Source: Candidatus Nitrosocosmicus sp.
GTDB taxonomy: Archaea > Thermoproteota > Nitrososphaeria > Nitrososphaerales > Nitrososphaeraceae
Assembly (NCBI GenBank): GCA_038200885.1
Contig: JBBRRF010000001.1
Coordinates: 1-42,490 of the forward strand
Length of the DNA: 42,490 bases
Direction of reading: 5' to 3'
The stretch's first letter is position 1, and each line of letters opens with the position of its first letter. The notes under the pieces are model-generated. The model saw only the letters and a program-made list of their open reading frames with translations, was not told the DNA's origin and ran no database searches. Below, piece by piece: positions 36,746 through 42,490 of this stretch. A program made the translations under genes and the position numbers.

Positions 36746-38086
36746 TTGATTTCATTAGATATGGCTCACTCAGCTCAGAATGAATCAAACAGCAATACAA
36801 GAACTCACTTCACTTCTGAATTACAAGGGTTACAAACAGGTTCAGAAGTTAAAGTCGCAGGGTGGATTGAGGATTTCAGGGACATAGGTAAACTTGGATT
36901 CATATTACTTAGAGATGTAACCGGTTTGGTTCAAACTGTATTGGTCGGAGAGAATTTGCAAAAAGCTAAATCAATTCCTAGACAGAGTAATATTTTGATA
37001 ACAGGGACAGTGCAAGGTACCAAATCTAAGAATTTTCCATTCGAAATCAAAGTCAAGGAAATTTTTGTTTTCTCACCCGCTTCTCTATCTCTCCCTGTTG
37101 ATCCAACAGGTAGGGTTGAATCTAATTTAGATACCAGGCTGGACAGTAGAGCACTGGATTTGCGAAACCCCAAAATTTCTAATATCTTTATCATTCGTTC
37201 CAATATTTTAAGAATAATTCGAGATTTTTTCTCTGAAAACAAGTTCATAGAGGTTAATACACCAAAAATAATAGGAAGTGCAAGCGAAGGAGGATCAAAC
37301 CTTTTTTCATTTGATTATTTCAAACGAAAAGGGTTCTTAGCTCAAAGCCCCCAGTTATATAAAGAACAACTGGTCTTGGCTTTGGATCGTGTGTTTGAAA
37401 TCGCACCATTTTTCAGAGCTGAAAATTCTCATACTCTTCGACATCTTAATGAATTTATGAGTGTTGATCTAGAAGCAGCTTACCTTGATTATTATGATAT
37501 AATGAATTTAGTGGAAGAATTGATCAAGAAAATACTCATGCATTTGAAGGAGTCCAATTATATCGACGGTGAGAATCAGCTCATAAAAAAAAACACGTTA
37601 AACGATTTGATTTCATTTCCATTTCCAAAGATTAGTTACGATAAATGTTTGGACGAACTAACTAGTCTTGGAGAAAAAGTTACCTTTGGGGATGATCTAT
37701 CTGATTCCTCTTTAAGAAAATTAGGAGAAAAGTTTGACAAGTTTTATTTCATCGTTGATTGGCCACTTAACCTAAAGCCTTTTTACATACACGAGAAGGA
37801 ATCCCGTCCTACCTTGTCAAAATCATTTGATTTGCAGTTCGGCCATCTTGAGCTAGTATCTGGAGGGACCAGACAACACGATGTGTCAAAACTGAAAAGT
37901 CGACTAGCAGAACAGGGATTATCACCTGAAAACTTTAAAGATCATTTGAGAGTCTTTGAGTGGGGGATGCCACCTCACTCAGGCTGTGGACTAGGTTTTG
38001 ATAGATTAATGATGGTGTTATTAGGTCTTAATAATATTAGAGAGGTAGTCTTATACCCTAGAGATACATCCAGAATTAGTCCTTGA
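36746..38086 (+). CDS. aspS: Aspartate--tRNA ligase, archaeal type (probably non-discriminating)
   Basis: OB fold, TPKI...EGG, LAQSPQLYKE, FRAE...RHLNEF and GMPPHSGCGLGFDR motifs. Confidence 0.96.
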   Translation: MISLDMAHSAQNESNSNTRTHFTSELQGLQTGSEVKVAGWIEDFRDIGKLGFILLRDVTGLVQTVLVGENLQKAKSIPRQSNILITGTVQGTKSKNFPFEIKVKEIFVFSPASLSLPVDPTGRVESNLDTRLDSRALDLRNPKISNIFIIRSNILRIIRDFFSENKFIEVNTPKIIGSASEGGSNLFSFDYFKRKGFLAQSPQLYKEQLVLALDRVFEIAPFFRAENSHTLRHLNEFMSVDLEAAYLDYYDIMNLVEELIKKILMHLKESNYIDGENQLIKKNTLNDLISFPFPKISYDKCLDELTSLGEKVTFGDDLSDSSLRKLGEKFDKFYFIVDWPLNLKPFYIHEKESRPTLSKSFDLQFGHLELVSGGTRQHDVSKLKSRLAEQGLSPENFKDHLRVFEWGMPPHSGCGLGFDRLMMVLLGLNNIREVVLYPRDTSRISP

Positions 38087-38510
38087 CAATTACCATCTTG
38101 ATTTCTTCAATACCATCAATTTTTCCTTTTGATGAATCACTGAAAATAAAACATCTTATCTCATCAGTTATAGTGGATTTGATTAACCATGGGATTGGAT
38201 TAATCTCCATGAAGGTCTTGTCGGTTTCTGATGGAAAGGGCTTGGAAGGATGTGAATGAAATATGCCAACGACTGAAGTGTTCAATAATTCAGCATATTC
38301 ATAAACTTTCAATAATTCATTTTCATCCATAGTGAACCTGACCTCCGAAAAATCTCTATTACTCATGGGAATTACCTCTTCGATCTCATAGATGTTCTCC
38401 TTCTTCCTGCCCAATAGTAGCGCACACGACTCCTGTGGATTACTTGCATTTGCAGTCTGATCTAATTTTAACAGTTGACTAACCCTGAGCTCTATTATTA
38501 CTTGATTCAT
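38076..38510 (-). CDS. JAMM/MPN+ (M67) metalloprotease
   Basis: PQESCALLLG and FHSHPSKPFPSETD (E...HSH-x-S-x2-D). Confidence 0.92.
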   Translation of the reverse strand: MNQVIIELRVSQLLKLDQTANASNPQESCALLLGRKKENIYEIEEVIPMSNRDFSEVRFTMDENELLKVYEYAELLNTSVVGIFHSHPSKPFPSETDKTFMEINPIPWLIKSTITDEIRCFIFSDSSKGKIDGIEEIKMVIVKD

Positions 38511-38606
38511 TCGCCATCAGTTCCTTGCCCTTAAAATTGAAACGTGTTTTTAAGAATTAAAATAAAGAAACTATTAATTATACCATAGTCACCTTTTAAT
38601 ATATTT

Positions 38607-39416
38607 ATGACAGACTGGGACTTGCTCATGCCGGGCGCTGGTTTAACAGCTGTTGGTGCTATTGGAGTAGCAGTAGCTCTTTCTGGAATTGCTAAAACCT
38701 TTATGGATGGGATGCACGCCGTTTCAATCTTATTAATGTTTTTTGGATTAATTTTCTTAAGTGCTGGGCTCTTTAAGGATGGTTTTCCTACTTCAAAAAA
38801 ATCAAAAACTGCGGCGGCCATAATATTGATTCTATTCGTAACTGCTGGAATCGTCGGGGCTGTGCAAGTAAGCACCAAAGTTCCCTCAATATTTTCGTAT
38901 ATCGCCATTATTGCTACTATAAGTATTCCCTCACTAATAATAATAATCGCTTCTTACAGGAAGAATGTTCATTTATTGAAAATAGCCACAGCATGTGTAG
39001 TGGTTATGATTATAGGATCTGGACTGATCGTATCTACTGCATGGATGGCCTCGCCTGCTACTGCGACGTCAGAAGATGAAAAAACGGGAGGTGATTCTCA
39101 AGACTCAACAATCCCCAAAGTTGTTAATACTACTATTGTTTCTGCTACCATCCCAGCCGGTGCCGCGGGTCAGGGAAATCCCTCTTATGAACCAGCAATA
39201 ATCGAAGCCAAAAAGGGTGAAGCCATCGAATGGACTAATTTAGACAATGTTCCACATACGGTGACTAGTTTCGCTGATGATGGCAAATCCTTTGATTCAT
39301 CCTTGATAATGACCGATAAGAAATACGTTCTCGATACAACCAGTCTTACCGAATCAAAGTATGATTACTTTTGTACTTTGCATCCTTTCATGAAAGCCTC
39401 ATTTGCACTGAGTTAA
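38607..39416 (+). CDS. Membrane-anchored cupredoxin (plastocyanin/azurin-like type-1 copper domain)
   Basis: Multi-TM N-terminal half. C-terminal WTNLDNVPHTVTS...YFCTLHPFM supplies the His/Cys/His/Met ligands. Confidence 0.9.
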   Translation: MTDWDLLMPGAGLTAVGAIGVAVALSGIAKTFMDGMHAVSILLMFFGLIFLSAGLFKDGFPTSKKSKTAAAIILILFVTAGIVGAVQVSTKVPSIFSYIAIIATISIPSLIIIIASYRKNVHLLKIATACVVVMIIGSGLIVSTAWMASPATATSEDEKTGGDSQDSTIPKVVNTTIVSATIPAGAAGQGNPSYEPAIIEAKKGEAIEWTNLDNVPHTVTSFADDGKSFDSSLIMTDKKYVLDTTSLTESKYDYFCTLHPFMKASFALS

Positions 39417-39435
39417 CCGTATTACATGCCAAAGG

Positions 39436-39473
39436 ATGATAAAATTTCTTATAAATGATAAAATTTCTTATAA
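39436..39473. repeat. Exact 19-bp tandem duplication ATGATAAAATTTCTTATAA x2
   Basis: Read directly at 39436-39454 and 39455-39473. Confidence 0.9.
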
Positions 39474-39493
39474 AAAAAGTCGGAAGAACAGAA

Positions 39494-39787
39494 CTATGAT
39501 TTTGAAAATATTTTTTTAATCGAAGAGAACATATTTCCGTTATTATTTGGACCATTGCCCTCATAACATTCAGGACAAACAGCCCGCAAGTTTTCTGGTC
39601 TGTTATCCTTTTTTGACCCATTTATATAAATAAAATGTGGTTGATTTGTTCCGGATAATTTCTTTGAACATTCCTGACACCTATATTTTGATCTTTCAAG
39701 TACAATTTGCTTTATAGCAAGGGTTAATTCCTTGTACTTGCCCTTTTTCTTACTATTATTACCTGATGCATTTCCAAAGAAAGACAA
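39494..39787 (-). CDS. HNH-endonuclease-like zinc-binding protein, catalytic His residues apparently degenerate
   Basis: VLERSKYRCQEC...PHFIYING...DNRPENLRAVCPECY. Confidence 0.75.
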   Translation of the reverse strand: MSFFGNASGNNSKKKGKYKELTLAIKQIVLERSKYRCQECSKKLSGTNQPHFIYINGSKKDNRPENLRAVCPECYEGNGPNNNGNMFSSIKKIFSKS

Positions 39788-39872
39788 TATATCTATCTTC
39801 TTTAGTTATCTTACATAAATTCTTTCTTTAATATTCTAAATTATATAACGTCTAGTTCAAATATATTCGTCA

Positions 39873-40052
39873 GTGAATAATATTAAAGATGATGAGGATA
39901 TTGACGAGAGGATATTACATTGTGCTTTATGTGGTCGAGAAATAAAGCACAGTCAGGCTTGGCCTCATGTGGATGGTGACTCTAATCTGGGAGTAAAAAA
40001 AATCGATTATTTTTGCAGTGAGGAGCATAAAGCAGAGTTCTTTGGCTCATAG
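39873..40052 (+). CDS. Small YHS/TRASH-like metal-binding protein (59 aa), not in the ORF track
   Basis: Hand translation from GTG: MNNIKDDEDIDERILHCALCGREIKHSQAWPHVDGDSNLGVKKIDYFCSEEHKAEFFGS. Contains CxxC...YFCSxxH, with a TATA-like ttatata ~30 bp upstream. Confidence 0.8.
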   Translation: MNNIKDDEDIDERILHCALCGREIKHSQAWPHVDGDSNLGVKKIDYFCSEEHKAEFFGS

Positions 40053-40232
40053 ATTAAGTACAATATTTATTTTACTGATCTTTGGATAAATGACCATTCA
40101 TATTTCGCTGCCATTTTTATTTGGCTCAGAGGGATAATATTTTTTAATCATCCAAATCATTGAAATTTTTCTTCTTTACCAATCTTTCTCATGTTTATTT
40201 CTAATTAAAGTTATTTGTTTATGCTTGTGATT

Positions 40233-40403
40233 CTATGCAAATTTTTCAACCAGTTCAATGTGGCATTCATGACCTCTGTGATCCCTGTCAATCATTTTAG
40301 CTTCCTCCTCGCTTATGGGAAATCTTTCATCATTCAAATGTTTTGAATCCTTCTCTAGTAATACAATCTTGCATTGGTCACAAATTAATTGTTGTACCAT
40401 CAT
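40233..40403 (-). CDS. Small zinc-finger-like protein (56 aa), not in the ORF track
   Basis: Hand translation: MMVQQLICDQCKIVLLEKDSKHLNDERFPISEEEAKMIDRDHRGHECHIELVEKFA. Contains CxxC plus HxxHxCH. Confidence 0.78.
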   Translation of the reverse strand: MMVQQLICDQCKIVLLEKDSKHLNDERFPISEEEAKMIDRDHRGHECHIELVEKFA

Positions 40404-40908
40404 GATATTATTGGATTCCTATAATTTTTTAAACCTTTGGATGAATGGCGAATAATTTAATAGTTTTTTGGTTGTAAAATTGTTCGAAAAGGACTTGCTA
40501 AGCATTGTCACATAGGCCGATATTATTGATCTCTAACCCTGTGAGCCATACTTGAAAATGAGGTTAATTTGTTCACATCATCAACGAGTATTTGCCATGA
40601 AATATGCCTGTTATGGCATAATAGATGGTATTTATTCTTCCTGTAAATATCTCAAGAACACATCTGAATTGATTTATATAAAGATTGAATCCATAAAAAG
40701 GACCTATAGAGATTTTACTAGAGATTGGAAAAGGATGAGATTCTAAAAAGGGTTAAGGTTGTTGTACTAAGATCATGTAGCAATTAAAGAAGACCCCCAA
40801 AAAAGAGGTATAGATTTCGGATAGGCATACTAAAAACATCACTGTATATGTTACTAAAAAATAAACCTCCTTTACTCAAAAAGAGCGAAATTCTAATTTG
40901 AACTTAAT

Positions 40909-41259
40909 TTAATATGGATTTAGCAATTCAAATGGCCCTTCATATTGGATCAAGCACAATGATCTCTCCTCGCATACGAATATGTTTGAAACTGATTCAT
41001 TTATGCACTTTGCATCATCCCTGCATTGATTATTTTGATTATTCAACTGTTCGAGTGATTGATTGTCGCACTTTGCATCATCCCTGCATTGATTATTTTG
41101 GTAATTATCTTGAATAAGATCTCTGTTATGTCCATCTGTAACCTCATTAGTTTTAACTTGTGTATCTTTATTATCTGCAAAAACATAATTTATATTTATA
41201 ATCGAAAATAACGTAACCATAGAAATCATAGAAATCATCATAATATTCTTCATTATCAA
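40909..41259 (-). CDS. Secreted Q/N-rich protein with C-x5-C repeats
   Basis: Signal peptide ending VFA, QNNQCRDDAKC twice and a third degenerate CEERSLC. Confidence 0.78.
   Translation of the reverse strand: MIMKNIMMISMISMVTLFSIININYVFADNKDTQVKTNEVTDGHNRDLIQDNYQNNQCRDDAKCDNQSLEQLNNQNNQCRDDAKCINESVSNIFVCEERSLCLIQYEGPFELLNPY
41005..41100. repeat. Exact 33-bp direct repeat with 63-bp period, intragenic
   Basis: gcactttgcatcatccctgcattgattattttg at 41005-41037 and 41068-41100. Confidence 0.92.
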
Positions 41260-42338
41260 TGTTTAGTGGGTTTTTGAATTTATTTAAAATTCTTAAGATC
41301 AGGCTGTACGATTAAACCAAAATTTTTATTAGAATTATATTTCTACCATAAAGATTAAATAGAAATGTCGATTAGATTCTAGTTCACGTTTAATCTATAT
41401 GATTCTGAATCTATATGTGGCCTTGTTTTAATGGCTGCTTAACTTTCAGGGATGATTGTGTAGAGTCTATCGCTTTTAATTGTAATACGAAGTACCGATC
41501 GCTATTACTCGATTGACCACGAATACACAGTTGAAAGACAAAAAAAGGTTACAGAAACTCTATTTGCTGCTTTTTGGATTTTATTTGCTTCAATTTCTAA
41601 ATCTAAATATTCGTGTATGTGGCTATAAAAACAATTCTACTAATGCATATAGTTTTAGTCTGATTTGGGCTCTGTTAACAGCCGTGTAAAGAATGAGGTA
41701 TACTTTCATGTAAACTAATCATGTTCGCTTAGATACCTTGATCTTTTGTTAATTATTTTGGATCATGATGAATTACCTTTTTCCATCTATCATGATACAA
41801 TTTCCTACTGACTAAATAAACAAAGAGACAGGTTATTTTGCTCGATGCTAAAGAATCTGGACAATGGATCGATTATAATATCAATGACTAATGAATTTGG
41901 TTATCTAGAACATCCAACAATGACCAATTAAAAGAAAACATCCTCTTAAAGTCAAAATCAACATGAGAGTATATTATTAATTCGGTTAGAAATAGACATA
42001 TCAACTAAATAATCTGATCATGATGCTTAGTAATTAGGTCTGAATTTTACAGTAAGGATCTTGAGATGTGAAATTAGCCAATATCATAGTATTTTATATA
42101 TTTTTTAGTAATATTTGGATTATCTTATGTAAATTTCAGTCAATAATATATCTTCTTTAGAAATTTCTATACCAATGCTGATATGCTAACGATAGAAAGT
42201 TAAACTAGAGCTGTTTGATGTTCGTTTGCGCCGTTTCGTCTCATATTAAACGGAGGGATGACCTAATGTTATATAAGGAGTTTGTTTATACACATATATA
42301 AATGGTTAATTAATTAAGTAACGATGTCTCTTGGTGTC

Positions 42339-42407
42339 GCTTTTTATCCGTAGAATAAGTGGAACTGACTGCTTTTTATCCGTAGAATAAGTGGAACTGA
42401 CTGCTTT
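42339..42407. repeat. Exact 32-bp tandem repeat, two copies plus a partial
   Basis: gctttttatccgtagaataagtggaactgact at 42339-42370 and 42371-42402, followed by gcttt. Confidence 0.93.
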
Positions 42408-42490
42408 CTATACTTGATATGGATAAACTTATTTAAAAGGTAGGCTTGTGCTATGCCTATTTAGTCGCCGTGGTTAAGTTATGTAAATCC

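Noticed and set aside
40552-40746. Listed 64-aa ORF
   Set aside because: TTG start, no motif and random-looking composition. Not supportable as a gene.
41005-41100. 33-bp repeat with a 30-bp gap resembling a mini-CRISPR
   Set aside because: It lies in frame (63-bp period) within a signal-peptide protein and encodes a peptide repeat.
41668-41683. IS-end-like GGCTCTGTTAACAGCC
   Set aside because: No partner end, target duplication or transposase remnant was found.
42339-42407. Possible CRISPR array
   Set aside because: The copies are directly adjacent with no spacers, there are only two, and no cas genes are present.

Overview
AT-rich, mostly housekeeping chromosomal segment from an ammonia-oxidising archaeon (Nitrososphaerota). 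The low GC, long intergenic spacers and Q/N-rich secreted proteins suggest a Ca. Nitrosocosmicus-like organism (inference). Recognisable core genes: a transketolase-N/ribulose-phosphate epimerase fusion with transketolase-C and transaldolase, ADP-forming 3-hydroxypropionyl-CoA synthetase (HP/HB carbon fixation), glutamate dehydrogenase, SufS/SufU and an A-type Fe-S carrier, tRNA-modification genes (TsaC, THUMP, Cgi121), FolE, AspRS, a JAMM protease, HtrA, a membrane-anchored cupredoxin and two different AAA+/VWA pairs. Reading the DNA by hand added several things not in the ORF track: (1) a ~140-bp MITE with perfect 17-bp terminal inverted repeats and a target-site duplication (15263-15402); (2) a thioredoxin pseudogene just downstream with two nonsense codons and a probable frameshift; (3) a membrane-protein gene with a single in-frame TAG whose continuation ends in an ATGA overlap with a wHTH regulator; (4) two small Cys/His metal-binding ORFs near 40 kb; (5) an amidohydrolase running off the left edge; (6) several short leader or bridging ORFs and tandem repeats. 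I saw no rRNA, tRNA or CRISPR array. I cannot demonstrate a wholly new multi-gene system. The best candidates are the clientless AAA+/VWA modules, the pair of paralogous secreted two-Cys mini-proteins, the amber-interrupted membrane protein/wHTH pair and the small metal-binding protein cluster. All family calls are from motif recognition, not database searches.
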